Shown one piece after another: positions 36,316 through 50,268 of a stretch of 64,000 nucleotides of DNA. A program made the translations under genes and the position numbers. The notes under the pieces were generated by a model. That model was not told the DNA's origin, did no database searches, and was given only the letters and a program-made list of their open reading frames with translations. Source of the DNA: Schmidtea nova (Eukaryota); assembly GCA_044892505.1 (NCBI GenBank), contig CM097883.1:439952001-440016000 (forward strand), written 5' to 3'. How positions within the stretch are numbered: the stretch's first letter is position 1; every line of letters starts with the position of its first letter.

Positions 36316-38353
36316 TTAATCAACTCAATCTGCAAGTGAATTCGCTTTTTTCCAATTATTCCGTTCGGTCAATCCTGAATTAAAGAATGGAGTGAATTTT
36401 GTTAAATATAATTTATGTATTTATATTTTTATATTAATGTGCAAAGGTTATTTTTTAAATGAAAAGAAAAAAAATGTTGAAATTGATTTAAGAATTCATT
36501 TTTTGTAGTGTTAAATATGAATATAGATTCCAGACTTAACTTTTAATGGATTTTAACGATAACTTTGAAGAGAAAAATAAGGATAATGATATCATAGAAA
36601 GAAAATACGGTGAATATGTATTTTGGAATTCAACGGTACATTCTCTGGAAGGCTTTTATTAGACTTTTATTTACGATTTCTATATTTTTCATATAGAAGA
36701 CAGAAAAGAAAAACCTAAAAATATAGAAAAATATAAAAGAACACAGTCAAAATAAACAAAATAAATTTAAATTATGTCGGTCAAGCTCGGGGATTTTCTT
36801 TTCCTACTGAAATGATTAATGTCAACAAGATTTTAATTGATTAATTTGTCTATATATTTGTAATAACTTTGATTATAAGTTCTACATCTTTGACTTTTCA
36901 TTTGCTACCCACTCATAGCGTTTTCCCTTAAGAAATATTGATTTTTCAATTTAGCCTCTAAATTTATTTTTGGAATTTTAAACAAAATTTTCAATTTTCA
37001 AATTCCTTGCAACCGAATCTTGCATAAAAATTTTGCCTATTCTCATTTGCGTAACTCCAACAAAATCCTCTGAACGAGATTTTTTTGGACAAAATGTATG
37101 TTGAATTATGTAGATATTTTAGAAAGCTAAAATTTATACAATTTGGTAGTAGATGGCAACAAGCTAATAGAGAAATGTCAAAGTCCAAATATACAACACG
37201 AATGGAAATAATTAATATTTTTGAAAGGGGAAAATTATAGATAATAGAGATAATAATTCAACTTGTGCTAGCAAATTATACAATGACGGCAATAATTCGT
37301 TTGAAAATGTTGATTCATTTAACGATAACAATGGCAATAAATCATCGGAAAATATAAACTCGCCCATTGACGATTAGTCGGAATTAGCGAACATAGTGAT
37401 TTACAAAAAAAATAAAATATTGAAGAAAATTATTCAAATGGAAAAATTGATTTTTCAACCATTTAAACAAAGAAAAGAACATTAAATTTACTTTTTCCAA
37501 AAGTGAAACATTATATTTAGTTTTTTGAGTATTTTGTGAATAAAAAAATTTAGAAATATAAACAAAATTTTAGAGGAATTGTAGAATTACATTTTTTCGT
37601 GAAAAATTATACAGAAAAACAATTTCATTTGTTGATAAAGTAATTTTAAACACTTTTTTTCAATTATGTTTAAATAGTTAACAATATTTGCTAAGAAAAC
37701 AGTCATTTAAATTTAAAAAAATATTATTTAAATTTATTTTGATTTTGATTTATATATAATAATTTATAATATTTTTTTTTCAAATTTATTACCTATTATT
37801 AATACTTCTTTTTTGATTAGATGATATAAAAAACTCTAAAACTATTTACTAAGTGTAAATAAAAAATTAACAACAAAACACGCATGCAGAACAAATAAAA
37901 CGACATACTAAATTTAGTTCAAGCCATTCAAGCAAAAAAGAAGATGTAATAGAAAATTAAATTCTACCTTTACATTATTACATTGAAAATCTGACCAAGC
38001 CCGTCTAACGAGTTAGAAAATGTGTATCGGTAGCCCGGTCTGGTCAGTACTCCCGTCTTAATGGATGACTTTATTTTATCCAATTTGACATTCTTGTCAC
38101 TCACTAACATGTTATTTTTATAAAAATATAAATTAACTAAAATATTTCAAAATGGTTGAAAATACTTTGGTTTTCACCACCAAAAAAGAAGATATCCGAC
38201 AGTTTTTAGCCTTATCAGAAATTTGTATGGTGGGAAATTTTAACCTTAAAATGACCCTAAAACAAAATTGTGGTGAGGATAGTAGTTCAGTGCTGAGATA
38301 TTTACTCACCTAATTTTTTTAAAATTTAATGTCTTTTTAAAAAATATTATTAA

Positions 38354-38569
38354 CCTTCATTCGTTCCTCGGATCTATTTCGACAAAAAATAAAATTTTCC
38401 GTATAGAATTTATGTGTAATATTTTGTACTTTTCAATTTGAATTTTTTAACAATAAATTACTAAAAAAATAAAAATATAAAAAATATTGCTTTATAACCT
38501 AAATCCATATATGGGTCTATTTTGACCAGAGGCTCTTTAGTGTTGCTTATTCTGAGGGACGGATAAAGG
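38354..38569. mobile_element. 216-bp piggyBac-like MITE
   Basis: TTAA flanks. Imperfect TIR CCTTCATTCGTTCCTCGGA vs CCTTTATCCGTCCCTCAGA (15 of 19 match). Confidence 0.65.
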
Positions 38570-38969
38570 TTAAAATAAAAACGTTTGAAAAAAATAATTA
38601 AATTCGTTAAATCGCTGAGTATCACTTTAAATATCAGTAACCTTCAAGTTAAACGGTTGATTGGTTTCGTAGAAGTCTAAACCTTGTAAGTTGAGAATAT
38701 TTAAATATCGAAAAATCTTTCATTCTGTTTTCAAGAATAAAATCAAATAAAAAGACGGGTATAAGCTAAAATATAAATTCATGCAAACGCATAAAAATTA
38801 AAATGAAATTTCGTTTTTAATTTTTAATTTGTTACAATTTCTTTCACTATAACTGCTGAGGTTGTCAAATCTCAACATAAGGTATATCTATATAAATAGA
38901 CAGCGAAGACTCTGATTATGAAACTTTGATTTATTACAAATAAATTTTCACAAAAATTATTTACCTTTA

Positions 38970-39180
38970 CCACTAGAACTACCAACCGGTCAAAATGACC
39001 GGTTGCATCAATTGTTCGCAAGACTTTCTTAATTAACTTTATTTAATATTTTATGATAATATTACAACTTTTTTAAATTTATGTATTTAATAATATTATA
39101 ATTTTTTTTGCTCCCCCTTCATTTTTCTGATATACGTATGTGGAATACCTAAATATACCGACCGGTCAAAATTACCGGGA
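38970..39180 (+). mobile_element. piggyBac-like left end fragment
   Basis: CCACTAGAACTACC followed by two ACCGGTCAAAAT(G/T)ACCGG palindromic motifs. No partner end was found. Confidence 0.4.
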
Positions 39181-40025
39181 AATGAAATTACTGTTTTATT
39201 ACAAAATTTTCAGAATTTTTCGGTGTTTTTGTGATTCATGTTTATTTATTTTCTTATGACAATTGTTGCATTTAGTTCTGCATTCTTTTGTATTACAATT
39301 TGTTTTGCATGCAATTACCTAACTTGAGTTGTGTACGTAAATGCACACTTTTTATTATTCTGAATGATTAGGACCTATAACACTAAACTTAATAATGTTT
39401 TGGTTCGTTTATACTTAGAAATCAGTCAATTTATATATTAATTTTTTTTTATTTTAGGGGTCTTTAAATAAATAGTACTCATTATTAAAAATAAACAATG
39501 AGCTCGTTGAGTGCGTTGAAAAATAAATAAAAAGCACACGGTGATTTAGCTTACCTAATTATTTGACAGTGAAAATACACTGCTTTCATATGAATAAATT
39601 TGTTTTATAGCACTTAAGTGCTTTGTGAAAAATAAATTTTTTTTCATTATAATTAATTTTAATATAATATATTTATGTCAGGGGGTTATTTATAAACGAA
39701 AACTGTATATTCAATAAAAATTTTCCAAATATGACAAATTTTATTTTATCAAAATGTTTTAGAAAAATCATAAATCACAATTAACTGTTCTTTCCACCAC
39801 CACATAAAATTATAAATCAAACAAAATAACATAATTAAATCAAATAGATAATTAAAAGTCATATGAATAATTGGTTTAAGAATCATCAGATTTCATTGAA
39901 TTTCCGATTCTGTTTGAATTGCCTGTAATAACTATCTACTTCAAAATCTTTAACGAGCTTTCCAGTATCCAACACAACTTTATTATAACAAACATCAATG
40001 AAACGTATTTACTGATTACAGAGTT

Positions 40026-41444
40026 ATGCGTTAATATAAATAGGTTATGAATTNNNNNNNNNNNNNNNNNNNNNNNNNNNNNNNNNNNNNNNNNNNNNNN
40101 NNNNNNNNNNNNNNNNNNNNNNNNNNNNNNNNNNNNNNNNNNNNNNNNNNNNNNNNNNNNNNNNNNNNNNNNNNNNNNNNNNNNNNNNNNNNNNNNNNNN
40201 NNNNNNNNNNNNNNNNNNNNNNNNTAGGCTATAATTAATAAAGACAACTACCACCTATGTTTTTATTTTATTACATACTGCATTCGAATGGAAAAAATAT
40301 AAAATTAATGATATAACCAACAGAATAGAATAATAGCAAAAATTTACTAAAACTGCTCCCCATTAAAGGCTTTATCCAGATATAACCTCATATGGCCATA
40401 GAATTCGTCAAATACAATGCCTGCATCATCGTTTATCTCTGATATCGCGCTTTGGACATAATTTTTTATCGTTTCGGTAGAATCAGGTATGGGCCTTCTG
40501 TGGAAGTATCTACTTTTCAAACACCAAAAGAACTCCTCTATTGGGTTCAATCGAGGAGAATACGGCGGAATAAAATCGTATGAAATATTGTTTTCTGCAA
40601 AAAATTGCCGAACTGACGTGGTCTTGTGGAATGATACATTATCCATGAGAACTATCTTATCGCTTCCGAAAAAATTCATGTTTAAATATTCCCTTAAAAT
40701 AAGCTTATAACTTTCTGAATCATACACACCGACTATATTTTTGCAATATAAAACCTTCTCGTTCGAAATTAGACACATACAACTAATATTCGGCCGCGTG
40801 GAGGGGACAGGAACATTTACTGGCACGTTCTTCGGAGAATAACCATACTAATACATGGTATGCAGTTTAAATCCCGTCTCATCAAGGTACAAAAGGCGAG
40901 AGTTTGGAATATTTCGGTATTTTATTGCAAATGCTTTTCTTTCCAAAATAATTCTTTGTTCTGCCACACGATTCGAAATCTTTTTAATTTTTTTTCGCGT
41001 AATATTGAGTTTTTTCAAATTCCCGGAGACTCCAAATTGAGTAATACTTATTCCATTTTGTTCCAGTTGTTGAATAATTCACCTCTGGGTAGTACGAGGT
41101 TCATTTTGTACGGCCTCCGAAATTTTAATCATGGTATTGCTTAAGTCCTTGACATGACGACTTTTTCTTTTAATTACTGCGCTATAATCAACATCTTTTT
41201 CGTCACATTCTCTTATTTTTTGAAGTGCTTTATAGACAGTCGGTGCAGATATATCAAGTGAAACGGCGATTTTGTCAATTTTATCTCCTTGTAATCGCAT
41301 AATTTTTATTGTTTTAAGATCTTTAGCCAAAATCGCAGTTCTGTGCTTTCTTGAGCGGTCAGTTGATTCGTTATAGTGATTCTCCATTTGCATGGTCTCT
41401 AACTTTGAAAAATATTTCTATAGATTATTTATTTTTTATCATAA

Positions 41445-41484
<40 letters not shown>

Positions 41485-41550
41485 AATAAACTATATATAT
41501 TAATTCATAACCTATATACATTAATTCATAACCTATTTATATTAACGCAT
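40026..41550 (-). mobile_element. Tc1/IS630-like DD34E transposon with TIRs; transposase disrupted
   Basis: 28-bp visible IR AATTCATAACCTATTTATATTAACGCAT (41523-41550 vs 40026-40053; the rest is in an N-gap). ORFs 41079-41393 (HTH) and 40347-40826. Motifs YLDETGF, LMDNVSFH, FIPPYSPRLNPIEE. Confidence 0.87.
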
Positions 41551-41941
41551 TCGTCAATTAATTCTCCGTTAATATTATCATTTTATTATAAAACGTTTTC
41601 ATTGAAATTTTAACTAAAATACGATCACTTTGATGTTTTGCAAGTTTATGATTTTCCAGAAATAATTGATGGAATTTTAGATAAGGTTAAAAAATAAAAA
41701 TGTTTTGTTGTAGATAAAAAATAAAATAAATATGTGCATGTAAATAATTTATATTTTTTTCACCTTTGGTCTTTTTTTTCTATTTCAGAAATTTTCATTT
41801 TTTTATATGAAGACTATTTGGTTTTTTTCTAGCACACTTGAAAAAGACTATACTGAAAATTCGCGTTCTATAAAGAAAACAAATTTGACCTTGTAGTTTT
41901 TAATAAAAAAAATATTTATGATTAATAATTAACTTGTTAAA

Positions 41942-42345
41942 ATAATTTAACCGTATAAACATAGTTTTTAAAACTCTCTATATTTCACTCTCTTAATTTT
42001 TATCAAAACTGAAATTTCAATATGCGTTCTCAATGCTATGAAATATTTATTCAAACTTATATAACATAATATAATATAATATAATATTACTTTATCTCTA
42101 ATCCGAAGTTAATGAATAGATAATAATTTTATTGAAATAAGGAAATAACACTAGATTTGACATATCAATATTTCTTTAATTAACCCACTTTCCGTGATTG
42201 AATCAATCTGAAATTTTGATTGCATGCAGTGTTCTTGACATCAAATGCACTTGCCAAATTTCAGTTCGATAATATTATAGGAAGTGTAAAAAAATTGCGT
42301 GGCACAATCAATCAATCAAACACGAAGTTAATTTAGAGAGTAAAA
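41942..42345 (+). repeat. Dispersed ~380-bp repeat, copy 2
   Basis: Similar to 35698-36078. Confidence 0.8.
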
Positions 42346-45300
42346 TTAGAATTTTAAAATATTTATTATCGATTAGTAAAATAAAATAATTCATCCTCAG
42401 TGGAAATTACATGCGCAGTTAGATGTTTTAATCAATCAATATCAAGCACCAAAAATTATTTTTATTGATATTCTATTTACAATATCTACCATTTCACACA
42501 ATATAAAGCTATCAAAATCCCATGAGAATTTCTAAAACAAAAGAGTTCCAACAGTCAGCTAATGCAAAATCGAGTGCAGCTTTGATGCAACATTATATTA
42601 TAAGCNNNNNNNNNNNNNNNNNNNNNNNNNNNNNNNNNNNNNNNNNNNNNNNNNNNNNNNNNNNNNNNNNNNNNNNNNNNNNNNNNNNNNNNNNNNNNNN
42701 NNNNNNNNNNNNNNNNNNNNNNNNNNNNNNNNNNNNNNNNNNNNNNNNNNNNNNNNNNNNNNNNNNNNNNTTGGTAGCAGCATTAAGTATTAAATTAATT
42801 AATAAATAAGTAACAAAATAAGCCTTTGCTGCAAAAATAATTTTATTAAATGAGAAAATTTTCGATTATCAAATAATCCTCGNNNNNNNNNNNNNNNNNN
42901 NNNNNNNNNNNNNNNNNNNNNNNNNNNNNNNNNNNNNNNNNNNNNNNNNNNNNNNNNNNNNNNNNNNNNNNNNNNNNNNNNNNNNNNNNNNNNNNNNNNN
43001 NNNNNNNNNNNNNNNNNNNNNNNNNNNNNNNNNNNNNNNNNNNNNNNNNNNNNNNNNNNNNNNNNNNNNNNNNNNNNNNNNNNNNNNNNNNNNNNNNNNN
43101 NNNNNNNNNNNNNNNNNNNNNNNNNNNNNNNNNNNNNNNNNNNNNNNNNNNNNNNNNNNNNNNNNNNNNNNNNNNNNNNNNNNNNNNNNNNNNNNNNNNN
43201 NNNNNNNNNNNNNNNNNNNNNNNNNNNNNNNNNNNNNNNNNNNNNNNNNNNNNNNNNNNNNNNNNNNNNNNNNNNNNNNNNNNNNNNNNNNNNNNNNNNN
43301 NNNNNNNNNNNNNNNNNNNNNNNNNNNNNNNNNNNNNNNNNNNNNNNNNNNNNNNNNNNNNNNNNNNNNNNNNNNNNNNNNNNNNNNNNNNNNNNNNNNN
43401 NNNNNNNNNNNNNNNNNNNNNNNNNNNNNNNNNNNNNNNNNNNNNNNNNNNNNNNNNNNNNNNNNNNTCTATTTTTATTTATATCAATAATTTTCATAAT
43501 CGTATGACTATAGCTCAAATTATATTTTTCGGGTTTTTTGGTTATTTAAGTACACAAAATTTCTTTATCAAGGCTGTGACAAAATATCATGTACTAAAAA
43601 AACCAAAAAAGGCAAAAACTGTGATAGTCATACAATTATGAAAATTATTCATATAAATTGTTATTATTATTATTTTTTTATCATTCATTCTATTTTAATG
43701 TATGTTAAATGAAATGAATATAGAAAAATAGATGCTATTTAAATTTAATTTCGTCATATTTATGCATGCAGTTTAGTAATAATTGGGATTAATTTTTAAG
43801 ATTTTAAAAGGAGATAAAAAATAATTTTCGTCAAATTTATTGATTTTTCTATTAGATTTTCTATTGGTTGAATATTTTGCGCTAACGGAATTATGGTCGA
43901 TCGAGTGAAATATCTACAAGGAATAAATACTGTAGAGGATTTCAGTTGAGAGATTTCCTACATTTTGGACGAATGAATTACGAAAATAAATCTTTTATTG
44001 ATTATTTTTTTTATTTAAGTTTTATTGATATTTTCTCGATTACTTTTTCACATTTATGGCGAAATATTTCCGTTTCCAAAAAGAAATTTTCCCCATTTTA
44101 AACTGAGAAAATAATATAATTAATTAAAAATTTTTTAAATTGATTTAAACAAATAATGGAGTTTTTAGAAAATAGAATTTTTCTTTAAGAAACAGACTTA
44201 AAGAGAAAAATATGAAGAATCAATTTGGAAAAAATTTAAAATTTATTTAATATTTTCAATAAAAGATATTAATAAGTTATTAAAAGTTATTAAATGACCG
44301 TGTGATTTATTTTAGTCATACCTGGTAAAATATTCTAAACTTTAGCTTTTATAAATATTCTACTTGAAAAAATAAAAAAAAGATTTAAATTTTAATAATT
44401 AAATATGTCTAGGGTCTTGTTGAGTTCTTCAAGGGTATTTCATAATATGAATTTAAATTTAATATGAATTAATTTCATTTAAACAAATTTTAATGAGATC
44501 GTTGTCAAAATTGCAAAAATCTCTATTCTATTAGGTCAATTATAAAAAAAATATCTTACTCCAAGTATTTCAAGGTCGCCTCTTGGAAAGTCTAGTAAGG
44601 GTACAAGCCTATGAAATTAATTACATTAAAATTTGAAAAATTGACATAATAAAATTCCATATATCTATGCATCCAATAAGTCATAATAAAAAGGAATTTC
44701 TTTTTTGAATAACATGAAAATCTCAAATATGGCATAAATTTGACTGATATTGTCTAATCATTCACCTTTTTGGTAGTCACAGAATTCAAAAAAGCACTGT
44801 CATTTTTATTTTTTATTTTTACGGAAATCTTACTTGATATTATTGTGATGAGTTTTGCACATATTTGTTAAAAATTTCAGAAGTATCCATTCTGTTTTAG
44901 TCCTATCTCTGCTAGAATTCATTTTCTTCGTAAATAGTAACCGCATGCCGTTGAATTACCGTTATGTATAAAATATTTCTGGTCATCCTAGCGTTAATAC
45001 AGTGTGAAATAATAGCCGGTTTTGTGTCAAATTTTAACTACATATTCCAAATTTCATCTATTTTCAGAATATATAATAATTTTTTTTCATAGAATTATCC
45101 TCTTAAAGGTCGTAAAGAAGTTCTCCATATTTTAAAAGGATTGCAAAGCAAGAAAACTTTTGAAAGTTATAAATTAATAATATAATTTCCAAAGGTCACA
45201 GCTCTTTTAAAAGAGCAATTATGTGTGATAAAAATGGATTTATTTCCAAAACAATTATTTAAAAATGAAATGAATAAATGAAGTTTAATCAGGAACATTA

Positions 45301-45439
45301 ATGATAAAACAAGGAGGAGGAGTTTTTTTTAAAGTCGTTTCTGAATTTCAAAATAATATTATTATCTGTTTTTATTTATAGCAATAATTATCATATTAAT
45401 AATTCTATGACTACAGATAAAAAACTTTTTTGTTTGTTA

Positions 45440-45478
45440 GGTACACAATATTTTAGCCCAGCCTTTATCAAGTGTGCA
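45440..45478 (-). ncRNA. Degenerate U3-A8 hammerhead motif (G12 mutated)
   Basis: Reverse complement reads ACAC-UUGAUAA-AGGC-UGG-GCU-AAAA-UAUU-GUGU. Confidence 0.45.
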
Positions 45479-47351
45479 TTTCTGAATTTGTAAAATTCAT
45501 TTCTAAAGATCAATTTTTATTAATGTTGAGCAATATTTTCAACAACTGAGAAATATTGAGAGGGCGGTTAATATATATCCAACTACAGACGTAGAAAGAA
45601 AAAATAAATCAAATTTTATTCTTCTGGAAATATGTTTTATCATTTTTCGAGGTTTGTCTAAAAAAACACGCAATAAAATGAAAGCAAAAAAGCTAAGTGC
45701 AAATCAATAAAACACGGAAAATTCAAAAATAAATGATAAAAGTGAAAAATTAATTAAAAAACTTGTAAAATGAAAAATTAATATTTTGCGGGAAAACTGA
45801 TATGGGCGGATGTCAATGATAAGAGGAATCCAAATAGAATAATATAAAATCAATCGGGAGTCCCCAGAAAGAAATATTAAGGAAACAACAAAAATTATTA
45901 AAAAATTAATTACCTAATGAGAAACCCGAGTCATCAACCAATTTTCTAATTACCAACGAAAATTTAATAGTTTTGAGGAAGCCTGGGTGTCAACTAGCCC
46001 AATTATCCTGAACAAATTAAAAATTGAGAAACCTCGTGGTAAAAAGGAAAATCCGAGCAATAATGGGAACTCAATCTAAGATGACATAATTAATTTTAGA
46101 GAAATTTTAGACAATTTTAGACAAGAGAAGGACCAATAATTATTGGTTATCCAATCAAAATCGGAAAAATATTCAATTAAAAAAATACTATAAAAAGATG
46201 AAACAAATTCATTGTTTGCGGCAGTTGGTTGAAAAGATGTTCAAAAATTTCAGAATTAAGAAGAGGCAAGAAATCGAAGACAGCGTAATCATTTCAGCAA
46301 ATTAAATAAAAACTGAATAAAAGAAATGGGCAATTCATATTTAGACATTTATCCTATCCCAGCGAAGGGGAGACAAAAGAGTGTTATTGACAAATGTAGA
46401 TTATTGTGCTAAAAGTTAAAAAAAACTAAAAGCTTTTGTGTTGAGTGATTTTGATTGATTTTAAATAAGAGGACGATTAGTCAGACATTAATACCGCCTT
46501 TAAAAAAAAACCCAACAATTTTTATTATTAAAAATGAATAAAAATATTAATTTTAATTTAATTAATTTTAACAAGAAATTAATTAATTCTTTTGAATCAA
46601 ATAAATTAAAAATTCACAATTTCGTCAATAAACTGTCGTCGATGGAGTTTCCTTTATCATTATTTGTCAGTTTACCAGTTGCTGTAAAACATTAAATATT
46701 TATTCTCTATTATTATTCCAGATAGTCCAGAACTAAAACTTACTCCACAGATTTCCCATTAGCTTTTAATACTGACAATTGTTTTTTTTTCATTTTTGCT
46801 ATTCTGGGTTTTTAAATTAGGTAAATGATAATTTCTCTTTAGAATGTTTACGGAACATTTTATCAACATTAAATAAATGTTTTAGCGAAATGTTGACTGA
46901 ATAAAAAAAGAATAAATAATTTTCACTGTTTAAAAAATAACTTGTTTTTTTGTTTAAATTAAATTTACTCTTGAATTTTGTTTGGAAAACAGTTGCTATT
47001 TTCTAGTTTATTTATTGAGGCTCAAAAGTGAAAATTAAAAAATTATTAATTAAAATTAATTATTTTATTTAGTGTTATGTTGTTGATTATCAAATGTTGT
47101 TTTTTGATATTTTGAGTATTTTCTGTGGATGCTGTAAAATAATCAAAAAAAAAAATTCCAAGTAAATATATTTGTTATGCAAACAAAGATTAAGAAACAC
47201 GATTATTAGTTTGTTTTTATTTTCTTTTTCAGAAAATATATCAAAACTTATTTTTTTCATTCAATGCAAACTTTTGAAATTGTATTTAAAGAAAAATTCT
47301 GTCAAAATTTTGTGTTAAATTCAAAAAAATACAAAATATACTTTTAATTTA

Positions 47352-47784
47352 TTTTTAACAAGTAAAGCTTGTGATTTTTTGTGATACCCAGTGCAAATCC
47401 CCAATAGCAGACTAGTTTCGAGCTTTTGGCTCTCATCAGTGATATGCAGGAGACTCGAAAATTTCTCTACGCGCCAGGTAAGTATAAAACAAAGTCGAAA
47501 GATTTTTGTTATATACCATACCTGGTACACTGGATAAAACATCACTTGAATATGCAAGGTCCTACAGATAATCTGTAACTGGCAAACATGGCAAATGAAT
47601 TTCTTTTTCGCCTCTGCGCACTTAAAGTGTTCAACAAAAACTGTTTGCAAGCACACCCGACTGCCTTAGCTTCATTATTTCAATTACTTGAAATATCTTT
47701 TGAAAAAAACATTTGTCGGATGACTTATTTGTTTTTTCACAAGCTTTACTTGTTAAAAACAAATAAGTCATCCGACAAATGTTT
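47352..47784. repeat. Nested inverted repeats around the hammerhead (pLTR-like)
   Basis: 23-bp IR 47352-47374 / 47737-47759. Additional ~29-bp-stem hairpin 47707-47784. Confidence 0.75.
47403..47452 (-). ncRNA. Minimal type I hammerhead ribozyme, Penelope type, canonical core
   Basis: Reverse complement reads AUAUCA-CUGAUGA-GAGC-CAAAA-GCUC-GAAA-CUAGUC-UGCUAU. It has the full core, a 4-bp stem II, palindromic ACUAGU stem III, a GUC triplet and a 5/6-bp stem I. Confidence 0.8.
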
Positions 47785-48290
47785 TTTTTTGATTTATTGC
47801 CTGAAAAAAATCAAAATAAATTAAATGTTATAAAAAATTCAAAAATAAAAAAGGAACCCATAAAAACAAGTTTTTAATGTAACTCTTTCTTTTTCTCATG
47901 TTCTCGGTTAATTTTATTGTTGTTTCATTGTTTGGTAGTTTCTTGGCAACAGTAAATTGAAAAATCACATTGTTTCAAAAATTTTCAATTTTTCAATGGA
48001 ATAATTTGTGGGCCTCCACAAGTCTGCTCGCAAATTTTCAGATCGATTGGATATCGGGAAGTGTGTTAAAAATCGATCCAAAGTTTGACAAGAAAACAAA
48101 CCGAAATTTGAAGTTAAAAGAAAGAGTTAAAAAAAGAATAAAAATCATAATGATACGATTTTTCGTGTTTAATCGAGAAAATAAAATTTTCATAACTATT
48201 TGCTCGGACGACTGAGACGACAAAAACATTAATTATTTTCATGAAAATTAACTGTTCAGTGATAGTTTACACAAAAACCCTTCGAAAAAC

Positions 48291-48725
48291 TTATTTCTCA
48301 AAATTTATCAGCCAGATCAATTTGACACCCACGAGTTCTATTTTTAAAACTATTAAAAATTTAATTAATTGTAAATGTTGATAAATGTTTTTGTTAATTA
48401 TTATTTGACTGCAGGATTTACTTTTAGAACTAAGAGACACAATTTGGACATCGCTATCTTTATTAATTGTTATTTTTTCATCATCATCATTATTAATTAT
48501 CATTGTTTCTTCAGAAAAAATTGGATTTCCTAGATTTATGTAAGCTAAAAAGTCTTCAAATACATCTAACTCTTTATTACGCATCTCATATTTTCGCACA
48601 ATTCCATTGCAGCTTTCGTCAGCAAACTTATTGTTTAATGAAGTTTTATGATATTCTTCATCGGCCAGTGATTGGCTAGTCCAAATTTTCGAAATTATCA
48701 GCGTCAAATAAATATTTACAGTCAA
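48291..48725 (-). CDS. Probable host-gene exon, product unidentified
   Basis: 144-codon open frame with protein-like composition. It may belong with other minus-strand exons at ~50270-51600. Confidence 0.35.
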   Translation of the reverse strand: MTVNIYLTLIISKIWTSQSLADEEYHKTSLNNKFADESCNGIVRKYEMRNKELDVFEDFLAYINLGNPIFSEETMIINNDDDEKITINKDSDVQIVSLSSKSKSCSQIIINKNIYQHLQLIKFLIVLKIELVGVKLIWLINFEK

Positions 48726-49102
48726 TTTTTTTCAGGATAAAAAAACTCAAGAATTATTCAACCTTTATTAATTTCAAATGTTTACCCACAATCTAACTGA
48801 TTAACATATTCCGTGCCACATGCGAGTTAATTCGTACTTCATTAAGCGCTACAACAACACTAACACATTCTGTTACACGTTACATTGAATATTTTACAAA
48901 GCTATAGCAATTGCTTAAAGTTTCCAAAATAATTTGTTTGTTTTTGTGGACTTATTTTTTTGGCAGCAAATGTACTAAAAGACCAATCAAATTTAAAAAT
49001 ATCATTTCTAAATATTAAACAGTCATCCATGTAAAATTAGTGACAAAAAAAAATTTGCACGTTAAAATACATGGATTTCTATTTTTTTAATAAACACAAA
49101 CT

Positions 49103-49140
49103 AAAATACACACTTGATAAAGGCTGTGCTGAAATATAAT
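49103..49140 (+). ncRNA. U3-A8 hammerhead motif, stem I partner degenerate
   Basis: ACACAC-UUGAUAA-AGGC-UGU-GCU-GAAA-UAUA. Confidence 0.5.
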
Positions 49141-50268
49141 TTACTTAACAACCAAAAAAAAAATTTGATCTATAAGTCATAAAATTATGAAAATTACTGA
49201 ATAATTAACTGAATAATTAACAAATTTGTACAAAATTTATAATTGGAAATTGAAAACATTTTCCTATTTCTAGATCAACCAATTAGAAAATCTTGAGAAA
49301 CCAGATTTGATAAATCTTAAAAGTAAAATGATTTTCTTTAAATTTGTTATTATGATTTCCAATGTATTTCAGAGAATAATAAAACAAACCATTCAACCCA
49401 CAAAGATCCCGACCAAGGAAGGGAGCCCAGATTTCATTCAGACATCAGTACCAAGAGAAATTATAGAGCATCAACAATACTCAGCATATCGGAAACGATT
49501 GCAAATTTTGTTGACAATAAGGTAATAATTCTCTACCACCATCATCATAATAAAATAATAATTTATTTTATTTAAACAAGAAAATTAATTGAAGTATATT
49601 ATAATTAAATTAAGTTTAAAATTTATAAATTTNNNNNNNNNNNNNNNNNNNNNNNNNNNNNNNNNNNNNNNNNNNNNNNNNNNNNNNNNNNNNNNNNNNN
49701 NNNNNNNNNNNNNNNNNNNNNNNNNNNNNNNNNNNNNNNNNNNNNNNNNNNNNNNNNNNNNNNNNNNNNNNNNNNNNNNNNNNNNNNNNNNNNNNNNNNN
49801 NNNNNNNNNNNNNNNNNNNNNNNNNNNNNNNNACAAAACTATATTCTGCACAATATATTTCGAGAACTTCATTCTCATCATCAGGTGCTATTCAGCTAAC
49901 CATTCCAATATAAATCAAATAAATCAATTTTTAAATAAATTGATCATAATTATTTTAAAAATGTAATATAAAATTTTATAAAAATTTTATAAAAGATAAA
50001 ATTATTTTTTTTAATTTAAATAATTAATCTTAAAAATTATATTTTTTTAAGAATATTTTATAAATATTCCCATATTTATAAACAACAGTATAACTGAAGA
50101 CCAACCCCATTATTATCAATTGCCAATGCTATACAACTTGAGTACAGAAAATACCAACAGTCTTCTCCAAAGTATGTAATATTTCGTCCAAGACATTTGA
50201 AAAATTAAATAAGTATAGAATAAAGATCAAAAGAAAAATATGAATAGTCAACAACCACATCAGTTAAT

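Noticed and set aside
42799-43518. Long ORFs spanning N-gaps (also near 4873, 9785, 31867, 33447, 34019, 39936, 49585, 55649 and 63283)
   Set aside because: They are open only because of unknown bases.
50170-50210. Another hammerhead-like motif (GUC-UUG-GAC-GAAA-UAUU on the minus strand)
   Set aside because: The CUGAnGA or UUGAUAA core is not recognisable upstream, so it is too degenerate to call.
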